A stretch of 63,311 nt of DNA, the filler included, from Octopus bimaculoides (lineage: Eukaryota), in the NCBI RefSeq assembly GCF_001194135.2. It is 7 parts of 6 records of this genome, joined end to end, with 100 filler letters (N's around TTAATTAATTAA, not from the genome) between each part and the next. Parts side by side here need not be neighbours in the genome. Positions count along the whole stretch, not along the records: positions 1 to 22,749 come from NC_069003.1; positions 22,850 to 24,211 come from NW_026413202.1; positions 24,312 to 28,818 come from NC_069009.1; 4 more parts are not named here. One strand, given 5' to 3'. This document shows positions 14,437-26,571 of this stretch, piece after piece (position 1 is the first letter of the stretch; each line of letters starts with the position of its first letter). The notes beneath the pieces were generated by a model, which did not search any database, was not told the origin of the DNA, and saw only the letters and a program-made list of their open reading frames with translations. The translations under genes were made by a program, and so were the position numbers.

Positions 14437-15495
14437 GTAACGTCTCTAAATATTTTCCTTTCTACTCTTAAGAAGAGATGCTATGGCTTTACCTTCGCTA
14501 GCAGTTTTCATAATTAATCGAATATTCTTTCTTGAATAATTAATATGTTGTTGATATTTAAGAGTCTAGTAGATATGTCTCTGAATAATTTTTTATTCTA
14601 ACTTAGGTACAAATCCAGCAAATTTAGAGGGTCGAAATTAATCGAGGCAATCGACCCAAGGATTTGACATTTTATTTTATCGATGTCGGAGCAAAGTCAA
14701 TCTCGGCGGGATTTCAACACGTAGTGTACGGAGGTGGAACAAATATCGCATGACATTTATTTCGATGCTTTAATGATGCGTCGTATTAGCTTTAGCATTT
14801 ATTGGCCATTTAATTGTGGTATCGAATTTCAGCTTCTATTGAAAAACATTTCAATATTTTGTAACTTACTTTGTTAGCCACTTCTATTAATAGCAACAGC
14901 TCTTCAACGAGAGCAAATAGAGGTCAGTGTTTAGCGTGGAGTAGATTATCGGTGGAAGATTCTGGACAGTAGCGAGCAGCTAGAAGCGTGTGCCAGGTTT
15001 GTACGTTAAGGTTAGATGCAGAGACAAGAAAAGATAATAAGAAACCAAAGGAAAAAATTTAGTAAACGCCAACAATGAGTCGATCGCACGAGATGACAGG
15101 TTAGTACAGTGGGGGGGGGAGCAGGGCATGTACAGTGCGCTGTTGAAGGAAAGATAAGAAGGTCCTAAATGTTGATAGTTAGCGGTACGGGAGTAGAGAC
15201 GTCACGGAGCAAGTATTAAAGGTGAGACAGAGAGGAAGCTTACTCTAAGAACATAAAGATTTACGTTTATGAGGGAACGTGTTGTAGAACTTGTTTCTAA
15301 ATATGATAATTACGTCAGAAAAGTTATTAAGTAGGGAGGCCTCATTCTGAAGTAATAGCGTGATCCACGGAAACACAATTTACAAGTTCGTGTGCTTCAC
15401 GTGTGCAGAATTCCAACTATGGTTATGGAATGGTTATAGAGGATGCCTTGGTGAGTACGGATAGTATGGAAGGTAAATTGTCTAACGATAATTGA

Positions 15496-16090
15496 GAAAG
15501 AGCTTAGATGTGCAAGATGATGACACTCAAAGTCTGTCATTCCATCAATGTAAATTCTGATGGAGTGAGTCCGTGTGATGGTAGCGGTACATCTATAAAC
15601 AACATTATAGCGTAAGCAATTGCTTCTCAAATGACAGCTACTAGGTACTCTGAAATGCATCCTTTGTGGATTATGGGTTGTGCAATTTTAGCCACATCAG
15701 GGTCAGTAAAATTTAGCAGGATTATTAGTCCTGTGGTTAGAATCAAAGGTCTGCTGTCGTTTTTATTACGATGGAGACAGCATAGTTAGGATAATAGAAA
15801 TTTTAATCATTTGTATAACTCATACAGGTTCCAAAGTTATGGTGGTTGGTGTTAATGGCATTCTTACCAAGCGTGAGATTGTTCGTATTATGAACATCTG
15901 TACTATTGTCATAAATAGTTGTTAAAAATGTGTTTGTTAGCGGAGACATGAGAGATCCTAATGGAAATGCATTTAATAATGCTGGTTAAAATGGATTCAG
16001 GATGATTAGATTGGACGTTCATATATTGTAGGAAGGTTTATGCTAAGAGTAATATAAGCTAGATTATATACATCCAAGAAGTTAGCTACT
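15496..16090 (-). mobile_element. Degenerate Penelope-like retroelement: RT C-terminus plus start of the GIY-YIG domain
   Basis: Broken frames give ANFLDV (16086-16069), YMNVQSNHPESILTSIIKCISIRISHVSANKHIFNNY and CHLRSNCLRYNVVYRCTAT..IYI.GMTDF...HLSSF, in the expected PLE order. Confidence 0.82.
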
Positions 16091-16470
16091 TCAGTGCGTT
16101 ATGCTTGTTTAATAGGCTTCTGTAGTTCATATACTAAACAAGAACTAAATGAAGGACTCATATGCACGCGTTGTGTCGGAATAATATTTAATATTAACAG
16201 AGGTTATTTGCTTGAAAGTTCCGGCGTAAAAACTGTTTCGCGAAACGGATTTAGCGTCAAACCTCCGAATTAAATTGTCATTATCAAAATATGTGAATGT
16301 GTGAGTGTGTATGTGTATAAAATAAAGCACCAGTGTCGGGACAGTCGAATAAAGACAGTATAGATACATACATACATACATACATACAAACATACATATA
16401 AATGTGTGTGTTTGTACGCAGACTGTGAGAAAGAAAGATGGAATGAGAGAAATAATGAAGCCATTGTTAG

Positions 16471-16520
<50 letters not shown>

Positions 16521-17627
16521 GTATAAAACGAAAACGTAATTGTAAAGTACAGAGCTCAAAGTTTTATGTATGTATATGTGTGTGTGCATGTGTGTGTGCG
16601 TGTGTGCATGTGTTTGTGTGCGTGTCTCTCTGTGTATGTGTGTTTGTGTGTGTGTATGCGCCCTCGAAGTTTCTACGTGTATAAATACGTGTTTCTTTGT
16701 GTTTGTGTGTGCGTGCACACACAAAGAAGCACACACACACACACACACACACACGTACACACGCACACGTGCATGAAGAGATGAATCTTTTCAAATTCTA
16801 TAGACAAAAACTAATATTCGCAGAATGGGGTCCAGTCTGTCAGATGCATTTGTAACCACTGAGAGTCGGTGCCAAGTTTCTCAAACAATAACAAAGGTGG
16901 TAGACAAGAAACCTCCATAGAAAATCTCAAACGGTTTGGGGCAGTTTGAGATGGGTTGGTCCGGACTGGAGAGGTCATGTACTTGGGATGTCTCTGTTTT
17001 CTGGCGGTTAGGATCTTTTTGAGAATTCTTTGGCGATAGAAACTGGTTGGGGAGGAGATAGTGTGGAGGTTGGGCGGTGGTTTGGGTTCTTTTGGAGAAG
17101 TTTCCAGAACTGCTTTTGTTTTCTAACCTAAGGCTAAATGATGTTTCAGATAAGACTGTGGGGCGGCAGCGTCGTGAGGACGTTTTGGCGGCGTAGGGGT
17201 TGGGGAAATTCGAAGAAGGTGGAGAATGGTTGATAAATGTTGAGAATGTAAACACCAATGGTTATTGTTGTTGTTGTTGATTTTGTAGTACATTGCGAAT
17301 TTCTGTAGAGAATTCATGTAAATGAAGGTATGTATTTATGTATGTATTTATGTGTGTGTGTGTGTGCGTGTGTATGTGTGTTTGCGTGTATGTCTATGTG
17401 TGTGTACGTATACGTTTATGTGTCTTCTGATAAGTTACTTCGACTTAGCCATTTGACAGTGAATCCGGGACGCGATGCACACACACACGCATGTACATAC
17501 ACACACATGCACACACATACATGCACACATACACACACACATACACACACATACATATAAACGCTCACACAAATACATACATATGCGCACATATATATCG
17601 CACATTTGGATATACGTCTGTCGCTTT

Positions 17628-17669
<42 letters not shown>

Positions 17670-18846
17670 TCGTGTATGTACGTGCGTTCGTGCCTGTATG
17701 TGTATGTGTGTGTGCTTGTGATGGCACTCCAGTGAGTACGTGCGTTCGTGTGTATATGTGCCTGTTTGCGTGTCTGTGGTGAGGAAATGTGTTTGTATGT
17801 CAGTGTGTGTGTGTGCGTGGCTGTATGTGTGTGTGTGCTGTTGCTTGAATATACACGTATGCTGAGATTTTTCAGTCTTTACAACTTTGGATCAAAGGAA
17901 GATAGCTGTTCAATTTGATATCGTTTTCTCACTCACCTTGTCACATGGTGATATTCAGCGCATTTTGTTGGTGCGATCGAAGTGAAGGAGAGTTAATAAA
18001 AATTCTGTGTTTATCCTACAATCCCCCATTGGTCTAGAGGTGGGGGTCACACTCTTTGAAACCCAAAGGACTGGTGCAAGTTTATGTTTGAACAAAATGA
18101 GCTGCCCACCTGACTTGCCTTCTCATCAGTGTGCAACAGAGTGATGAGTATGCTAAGAAAATAAACACAATTGATGGTCACCACTAGAAAGCTATAAAAT
18201 CAAACTTTGTTCACAATAGAGCTTAACAATGTTTTTTTTTTTAATGGAGAGGGTGGACCTATCTATTTCTGCTTAAATCCTGTAGCAGTTGACTTTGTCA
18301 TTCGTCCTTTCAGAGTCGATACGAAATTAACAAATCCAGATAGGAGAACTGGCGAAACTACGAACGCTGGATCAAATGCCTTGTGCTATTTATGTCTCCG
18401 TTCATTGCATTCTTAGACGTAATTTAGCTATGGCCTACTCTGATTACAACTCCGCTTTGACATCACTCAAAGGCGCTGAGGGTGCCTTTGCCCGAGTCTC
18501 AGCTCATGCAAGCCTTTAGACAAAGGTTCTGGTTTCGGCCTATTACCTCCCTTCCTTCCGTTTCCGGCCTCAGTCTCGGAGGCCCTACAAAGGTCCATAC
18601 GCCTTGCTTTCTTCACAATCACCGAACGGTTAAAAAAAAAATTACTCCAGAGTCTATTATATAAATTCATTTCTTTGTGCAATGCTCGCATTTGAAGAGG
18701 TGGGAGAGAGTGAAAGAGATAGGGAGACACGTAGAAAGAGAAAGAGGAGCAGGAGGGGGAGGGGTGATGTATATTTATTTATTCATGATTTAATAGAAAA
18801 GTTTTTGTCACTGAGATGTAAAAGTTATTCTTAGAAAAATAGAAAT

Positions 18847-18896
<50 letters not shown>

Positions 18897-18944
18897 GGAG
18901 AGAGTGAGAGAGTGCGTGTGTGTGTGTGTGTGTGTATGCGCCAA

Positions 18945-18998
<54 letters not shown>

Positions 18999-19256
18999 TA
19001 CATATATTTATGCGGATATATGTATATGAATATGCGTGTGTTTGTGTGTGTGTGTGAGTGCACGTGTGTGTATGTATATATATATACGTATATATATATA
19101 CGTATATATATATACACATACGCTATGACGGATATTATTGAAAAATAATATCCAAATATCCATTATCAACTCTGGTATTGTCCTCCGGGGTTCATTGCAA
19201 GAATGTTTCCAATACACACATATGTATTATTATTATTATTATTATCATTATTATTA

Positions 19257-19311
<55 letters not shown>

Positions 19312-19329
19312 NNNNNNNNNNTATTATTA

Positions 19330-19408
<79 letters not shown>

Positions 19409-19560
19409 CATTATTATTATTATTATTACTTTTACCACTATTATTATTATATTATCATGCTGATATTTTATACACGAGGCACACACATAGATACACATAC
19501 ATCCAAATACGTGCATACATATAAATATACATACGTTTGTGCATACACACACACGCACAT

Positions 19561-19623
<63 letters not shown>

Positions 19624-20753
19624 NNNNNNNNNNNNNNNNNNNNNNNNNNNNNNNNNNNNNNNNNNNNNNNNNNNNNNNNNNNNNNNNNNNNNNNNNNNNN
19701 NNNNNNNNNNNNNNNNNNNNNNNNNNNNNNNNNNNNNNNNNNNNNNNNNNNNNNNNNNNNNNNNNNNNNNNNNNNNNNNNNNNNNNNNNNNNNNNNNNNN
19801 NNNNNNNNNNNNNNNNNNNNNNNNNNNNNNNNNNNNNNNNNNNNNNNNNNNNNNNNNNNNNNNNNNNNNNNNNNNNNNNNNNNNNNNNNNNNNNNNNNNN
19901 NNNNNNNNNNNNNNNNNNNNNNNNNNNNNNNNNNNNNNNNNNNNNNNNNNNNNNNNNNNNNNNNNNNNNNNNNNNNNNNNNNNNNNNNNNNNNNNNNNNN
20001 NNNNNNNNNNNNNNNNNNNNNNNNNNNNNNNNNNNNNNNNNNNNNNNNNNNNNNNNNNNNNNNNNNNNNNNNNNNNNNNNNNNNNNNNNNNNNNNNNNNN
20101 NNNNNNNNNNNNNNNNNNNNNNNNNNNNNNNNNNNNNNNNNNNNNNNNNNNNNNNNNNNNNNNNNNNNNNNNNNNNNNNNNNNNNNNNNNNNNNNNNNNN
20201 NNNNNNNNNNNNNNNNNNNNNNNNNNNNNNNNNNNNNNNNNNNNNNNNNNNNNNNNNNNNNNNNNNNNNNNNNNNNNNNNNNNNNNNNNNNNNNNNNNNN
20301 NNNNNNNNNNNNNNNNNNNNNNNNNNNNNNNNNNNNNNNNNNNNNNNNNNNNNNNNNNNNNNNNNNNNNNNNNNNNNNNNNNNNNNNNNNNNNNNNNNNN
20401 NNNNNNNNNNNNNNNNNNNNNNNNNNNNNNNNNNNNNNNNNNNNNNNNNNNNNATATATATACGTATGTTCGTGTGTGAGACACTGCACTGAACAAACTC
20501 TTTGGCATCCATATTTTTTTCCTTTTCAAGAGGAGTGGGCAGAGGGCCTTCCGTTATTAATGCTGCTACCCTTTATATATACATATACTTATACACACAC
20601 ACACACACATACATATACATACAAACATATGTATATAGTGATGCTGTTGTTGTTGTTGTTGGTGTTGTTATGGTTACTGTTGTTGTCTTTTAATGGATGC
20701 TATAGTTGTCACCTGGATGTTGCTGTTGTTTTCCGTATTTCTCGTCGCGACCG

Positions 20754-20827
20754 TCGTTACGACGGTGACGTCTGTTGTTACGACGGTGATGTCTGTTGTT
20801 ACGACGGTGATGTCTGTTGTTACGTCG
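20754..20827. repeat. 21-bp tandem repeat, about 3.5 units
   Basis: gttacgacggtgatgtctgtt repeated. Confidence 0.9.
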
Positions 20828-21504
20828 TTTTCGTTTCTAGGGGTTAACTGCGAACGAACCATTAGTGGTGAGGAGAACGAGGGCTAAAGTAATGGTGACA
20901 GTGTTGGTGGTAGTGATTGCTCTCGATGTGGTGGTCGTGGCTGTGGTGCCGGTGGTCGTGGTCGTCGTCCGCGTTGGTGATGGTTTTTGTGGCAGTAGTG
21001 TTGGTGGTGATGAGGATGTTATTATTGTCGTTGTTGTTGGGGGAGTATCGGCAGCAGTAGTGGCAGCGGTGGTTGTGGTGGTGGTGGTAGTGCTGGTGGT
21101 AGTAGTAGTTGTTGTTGTAGTATTAGTTATTATTGTATATGTTGTAGTAGATGTACTAATGATCGTTGTTTTGGTGGTGGTGGTGGTGGTGGTGGTGGTG
21201 GTGGTGGTGGTGGTGGTGGTTTCCGTGGTGGTTGTAGTGGTAGGAGAAAGAACTATTACAGTAGATCATATTTTTAGAAAGAATAGATTGGCGGGCGAAA
21301 TACACACACGTATTCAATTCGTGACAGCTTCGGGGTATGAAAATGTATAATGCTTTTAACATAATGTTGTATATAGAAATGGAAGAAGGACATGATATAG
21401 AGACACGAGCTAGCGATATTTTGCAGAAGAGATGTTGTAGAGGAATTGGAAAGAGATGTTGTAGAGGAATTACAGAGGGATGTTGTAGAGATATTTTGTA
21501 GACA

Positions 21505-21845
21505 TACGAGGTCTAACCAAAAAAAAAAAATCCGGTATTGGTGCTATAAGAAGCAAACTGCTACACATATCAATTCGGCGTTTCATCTCCTTTGAAGTAA
21601 TTTTCTTCTGAAGCCAAATATTTTATCCAGAGCTGTTTCCATTGATGGAAGCATTCTTGGAAATCCTTTTTGGGATAACGAATAGCTGCCTCATCGCATT
21701 CTCTTGGATTTCTTCAACTTCTTGAAGTCTTGTTCCTTCCATGAGGGATACATTTCAAGCCCTGGTTTCGGGATTTTAATCATAGAACCACGATTCGTCA
21801 CCTTTTATGACCGTTTTCAGAAAGTTTTCGTTTTCCTCGACACAA
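21505..21845 (-). mobile_element. Internally deleted mariner transposon remnant
   Basis: TA+CGAGGTCT..AAAAA terminal repeat at 21505. Minus frames give ENFLKTVIKGDESWFYD (first catalytic D motif, 21802-21788) and EEIQENAMRQL..IPK-DFQECFHQWKQLW.KY.ASEENYFKGDE (mariner C-terminus). Confidence 0.8.
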
Positions 21846-21849
21846 TCAG

Positions 21850-22141
21850 AAAGGTTACGACGATGAGTATTTCAGTTGATCCGGCCAACGGAACAGCCTG
21901 CTCGTGAAATTAACGTACAAGTGGCTTAACACTGCACAGACTCACGTATCCTTAACGTACTTCTAAGGGAGATTCAGCGAGACACAGAATGAGATAAAGC
22001 TGGCCCCTTTGAATTAGAAGTGCTGTTTAAATGCCAGCTGATTGGACTGAAGCAACGAAAAATAAAGTGTCTCGCCGCCGGAAATTGAACTTACAAGCTT
22101 AGAATCGTAAGCCGAATACCTAACCACTAAGCCACATTCAC
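21850..22141 (-). mobile_element. SINE family B
   Basis: tRNA-like head (tggcttagtggttagg...gttcaatttcc) and body ggaacagcctgctcgtgaaattaacgt shared with 7590-7745 and 43690-43945. Confidence 0.8.
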
Positions 22142-22711
22142 TATACCAGACGTAATAGGTATATATTTAAAACAATGAACTAATTCCATCTTCTGCTAAA
22201 AATCTCTGTCCCTTGTGCCAGTAACGTTATTTATATACCTAAAGCGTTTTAACCTTGAGAGCAGACGTCACATACAGCCGCTAAGTATAACATTTCACAT
22301 TACAAATTCAGAAGAAAAACATGATAGCTGTTAACATTGTAGATTATATAATCGTTCCGCTGGTCAAACTACTATCATGCAGTAACGTAAGCCAACTATG
22401 CACCTGCAACAATCAAGACGTTATCGCAATGCACCAATAACAATGCAAGAATAACAGAATGTATCGACAGAAGGAGATATTACCTAACACCAATATAACT
22501 CTCTATAGAATAGCACATAATTACCGAACACTTATTTTGGAAACCAGATACAAGCAAACTGGTTTAATAGACAAACACACACCGCTCTGATGAAACGCAC
22601 GCAAATCGCATATAAACGATTATATGGATGCAAATAGAGACACGTGTATATTACCATGTATGTATGTATATATATATAAATTAAGAAATAGGGTAAAAAA
22701 TCAGATGTTAA

Positions 22712-22749
<38 letters not shown>

Positions 22750-22849
22750 NNNNNNNNNNNNNNNNNNNNNNNNNNNNNNNNNNNNNNNNNNNNTTAATTA
22801 ATTAANNNNNNNNNNNNNNNNNNNNNNNNNNNNNNNNNNNNNNNNNNNN
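22750..22849. other. Artificial scaffold linker N44-TTAATTAATTAA-N44 (also at 24212, 28819, 37713, 59101, 61755)
   Basis: Six identical 100-bp blocks; the 12-mer puts stops in all six frames. Confidence 0.97.
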
Positions 22850-24031
22850 AAATTCAATCCCAAATGAGTCTTCTCCAAATAATTCTTCTCACCAATTCTC
22901 AATGAACTCCAGATTCGATCAGTTCTCCTGAGCCTATTCTGTTATAATTATATCAGTTTCAGTGAGAGAGGTCACCTCCAGTTTGGCTTGACTTGTGAAT
23001 ATTCATTCTCTGGTAAATTCTCTCAGAAGAATTCTTTCTTCTTAGTTGGAGAGAATATGATATGATTCATCAGTGTCATCTATTTAGTCTTTCCCAGAAG
23101 CATCTACAGACATATGTCATGTGATTAAGACGTCATTCTAATTTGGNNNNNNNNNNTGAGCTGAAATTATCTGCTTCTTACACAATGATCCTAAGAAGAA
23201 GCTAACGCAGGGTCTTACGATGGAATAAACAAGACTTATTCCGAGTGTTACCTTTGCTTCATTAAAAATGCCAAGGAATAAACTCTGTAAAAATGTAAAA
23301 CACGCAAAAACATTGTCATTCGATCATCTGTTTAGCCTTAANNNNNNNNNNTAAAACACGCAAAAACATTGTCATTCGATCATCTGTTTAGCCTTAAACA
23401 ACAATATATTTTAGTCCCTTCTTCCAAAAGACAATATTTATTCAACTGTGTTTTATTAATTTATCCATTTTACCAACCTTGCTAACCTCANNNNNNNNNN
23501 TATTAATTTATCCATTTTACCAACCTTGCTAACCTCAATTTTATTGTATTGTTATTTTTAATAGAATTATTTTACAGTTAACATTTCAAATGGAAATTAG
23601 GAATGGAACCTGTTCTCAGNNNNNNNNNNNNNNNNNNNNNNNNNNNNNNNNNNNNNNNNNNNNNNNNNNNNNNNNNNNNNNNNNNNNNNNNNNNNNNNNN
23701 NNNNNNNNNNNNNNNNNNNNNNNNNNNNNNNNNNNNNNNNNNNNNNNNNNNNNNNNNNNNNNNNNNNNNNNNNNNNNNNNNNNNNNNNNNNNNNNNNNNN
23801 NNNNNNNNNNNNNNNNNNNNNNNNNNNNNNNNNNNNNNNNNNNNNNNNNNNNNNNNNNNNNNNNNNNNNNNNNNNNNNNNNNNNNNNNNNNNNNNNNNNN
23901 NNNNNNNNNNNNNNNNNNNNNNNNNNNNNNNGTATTACAATGGTTCCATATATTAGCTCAATATTCAGGTCCACCACAGGATAGAGTAACCTTTCTCAAT
24001 CTCTCTTTTTTTTTTATTAAGGCATCCAACA

Positions 24032-24160
24032 TATGAAGGTCCGCTGAAAGTTTCATAGGATGNNNNNNNNNNAATACACTCACATAGAATGTGACCAAAT
24101 GAAGTCTATTTTCCAACACAGTCTCCCTTGAGGTGCCCACACTTCATCCATTCGTGTTTC
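24032..24160 (-). mobile_element. Mariner 3' end remnant
   Basis: KHEWMKCGHLKGDCVGK* (24159-24106) resembles the mariner C-terminus RW.KC....GDYVEK*. TIR-like tatgaaggtccgctgaaagtt at about 24032. Confidence 0.6.
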
Positions 24161-24311
24161 GGTTCTTGAATGAATCTCAATGGTGAACAAGGTTTAATCC
24201 TGTTGCTAAAANNNNNNNNNNNNNNNNNNNNNNNNNNNNNNNNNNNNNNNNNNNNTTAATTAATTAANNNNNNNNNNNNNNNNNNNNNNNNNNNNNNNNN
24301 NNNNNNNNNNN

Positions 24312-24616
24312 TCTGTGTCGAAGTCGCTCAGCTGCTTCTCCATGGCAGCCTCGATCTTCAGCGATTTCTTGCTCTCCTGAACGAGGCCTTCCGCCATGCT
24401 CATCATCTTGTCCTTTTCGTCATTCATGATGTGTTCCATCTCGCTGCACTTTCGCTTCTCCTGCAGGATCCGTTCGACCAGCTTGCGCCGTTCTCGAATC
24501 AGCATCAGCGCCACCTGCTTGTGTTTCGCCGAATTCTCCCGCTCTTCTTCCAAGTTGGCCAGCGTCTTTTTGAGGTCTTTCTCCATTCGGCGGCTTTGGT
24601 TTTTTTCAAACTCAAC
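24312..24616 (-). CDS. CTTNBP2NL: CTTNBP2NL-like exon 4, truncated by an assembly gap (VEFEKNQSRRMEKDLKK...EKQLSDFDT)
   Basis: Acceptor tcttatctttccag. Coiled-coil peptide ending in the family EKQLS.FD.E motif. The reading frame runs open into the N-run at 24311. Confidence 0.93.
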
Positions 24617-25075
24617 CTGGAAAGATAAGAGAGGGAGAGAGAGAAAGAGATGGTGTAAGTAAGTGATGAAAGACAGACTGGCAGATGGAGAGATGGACAG
24701 AAAAAGCTAGAGAGAAAGAGTGAGAGAGAGAGAGAGAGTGTGAAAGAGAGAGAGAGAGAGAGAGAGACAAACAGACGAACAGACAGATTGGCAGAGAAGT
24801 AGAGAAAGGTAGATAGATACATGGATAAAGGAAGAAACAGAGAGAGAGAGAGAGAGAGAGATGGCTAGACATATACATAGAAGATAGGGAGATAAAGAAG
24901 ATAAGAAAACGAGATGTGTCCATGTCCGTCCGTCCATCCATCCATGCATGCAAAACAAATTCAGAATTATGCCTCAGTTTGAATTAGGCAGACATGTTGA
25001 CAATTAACAACTGAAAGAATAACCCTAATTAATAATGTTAATTAACTCTTTTAATTATACATTCACAGATTAATT

Positions 25076-25508
25076 TGACTGTGTGGGACAAGAAGCCTGC
25101 TTTGAAACTACAAGCCTGAAGGGTTCAATCCCACTGCCTGGTGCCTTGGACAAGAGTCTTCTACTATAACCCTCAGACAAACCAATGTCTTGTGAGTGGA
25201 TTTAGTAGATGGAAACTGCATGGAAGCCCATCGCGTATATGTGTGTGTGTATATGATATGTTGTGTGTGTATATGTTGTGTGTGTTTGAATATGTTTGTG
25301 TATATGTTTTTGTGTCTGTGTCTGTTCTTCCCACAGCACTTAACAACTGGTATCGGTTTGTTTACATCCTGTAACTTTGCAGTTCAGCTAAAGACACTGA
25401 TAAATAAGTACTGGGGATGGTTTGTTTGACTAGTTTGACTAAAACCTTCAAGACAGTGCCCCAGCATGGCCACAGCCCACTGACCAAAACAAGCAGAATG
25501 ATAAAAGG
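25076..25508 (+). mobile_element. SINE family A, diverged full-length copy (between exons 3 and 4)
   Basis: Head gggttcaatcccactg, gtcttctactata, cttgtgagtggattt, tail gtgccccagcatggccacag. Confidence 0.85.
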
Positions 25509-25725
25509 AATAGATATTCCCTCATCGGCTGCTCGACTGGAAATCATTGCAGTTTCGACACCTACACATACACTCATTCATACTTATTCATTTGATTCAA
25601 TGTCAAAACAGACCGTGTATGTACACATGTGTATGTGTGTATGCACGTGCATCAACGAGTGTATATATATGTGTGTGTATCTATTTGTATATCCACATGT
25701 GAAACTCAACCTAGCATTTCCTTAC

Positions 25726-25833
25726 CTCCTGCTTCAATCTTTCTCGCTCCTTCTCCAACATATATGTGACATCATCACCCTGAGCCGTGTCTTGCGCATG
25801 TTTCTGCTTCTCCTCCTCCAGTTCACTGAGCAC
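25726..25833 (-). CDS. CTTNBP2NL: CTTNBP2NL-like exon 3 (VLSELEEEKQKHAQDTAQGDDVTYMLEKERERLKQE)
   Basis: HAQDTA.GDDVTYMLEKERERL is the recognisable CTTNBP2NL/FILIP-family motif. Acceptor tgttttacag, donor GAG|gtaagg. 108 nt, phase 0/0. Confidence 0.95.
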
Positions 25834-25956
25834 CTGTAAAACATAAAGTAGGCATATATATACTTTATTACACACCAGCTGGGCCCGTGCCGTCAAAAAC
25901 GACGGCTAATTGTCGTATTTTATATATAAATATGGATGGTCAATCAAATTAATACA

Positions 25957-26336
25957 CTTACTCTTTTACTTGTTTCAGTCTTTTGACTGTGGCCATGCTG
26001 GAGCACCGCCTTTAGTTGAGCAAATCAACCCCAGGACTTATTCTTTGGAAGCCTAGTACTTATTCTATCGGTCTCTTTTGCTGAACCGCTAAGTTACGGG
26101 GACATAAACACACCAGCATCGGTTGTCAAGCGATGCTGGGGGGACAAACACAAACACATACATATATACATATATACGACGGGCTTCTTTCAGTTTCCGT
26201 CTACCAAATCCACTCACAAGACTTTGGTCGGCCTGAGGCCATAGTAGAAGACACTTGCCCAAGATGCCACGCAGTGGGACTGAACCCGGAACCATGTGGT
26301 TGGTAAGCAAGCTACTTACCACACAGTCACTCCTAC
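25957..26336 (-). mobile_element. SINE family A, full-length near-consensus copy (between exons 2 and 3)
   Basis: tRNA-like head with B-box-like ggttcagtccc and ggtaag/cttacc stem, central (TA/TG)n, tail gcatggccacagtcaaaaagactgaaacaagtaaaagagtaag. About 20 related copies in the window. Confidence 0.92.
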
Positions 26337-26409
26337 TTGTCAATGTTCACATACGTTCACGTACTTTCCTTGTACATTCACACACATACACGCATATACT
26401 CGCACAGAA

Positions 26410-26560
26410 TTGAAACGCTGGCATGGGTTGGACAGTTTGACCAGGGCTAGCACACTGGAAGGCTGCACCAGACTCCAGTCTCATTTGGCATGGTTTTCTA
26501 CAGCTGCATGCCCTTCCTAACGCCAACCACTCCGAGAGCATAATGGGTACTTTTACATGC
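26410..26560 (-). mobile_element. 3'-end fragment of another interspersed repeat (LINE-tail-like)
   Basis: ggagtggttggcgttaggaagggcatgcagctgtagaaa...tccaacccatgccagc; recalled as a common octopus repeat end, single copy here. Confidence 0.45.
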
Positions 26561-26571
26561 CACTGTCACAG

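Noticed and set aside
18467-18730. 87-aa minus ORF as a downstream exon
   Set aside because: No family motif, no convincing splice pair, and it adjoins SINE-C-like fragments.
22794-22805. TTAATTAATTAA as a recurring regulatory palindrome
   Set aside because: Always centred in exactly 44+44 Ns; it is an assembly linker.
22850-23146. Possible C2H2 zinc-finger remnant
   Set aside because: Only a vague tgtgaatat...ggtaaattctct resemblance; no C-x2-C/H-x3-H spacing in any frame.
23296-23537. Exact direct repeats on both sides of 10-N gaps (also 61204-61295)
   Set aside because: Pattern of unmerged contig overlaps, not true duplications.
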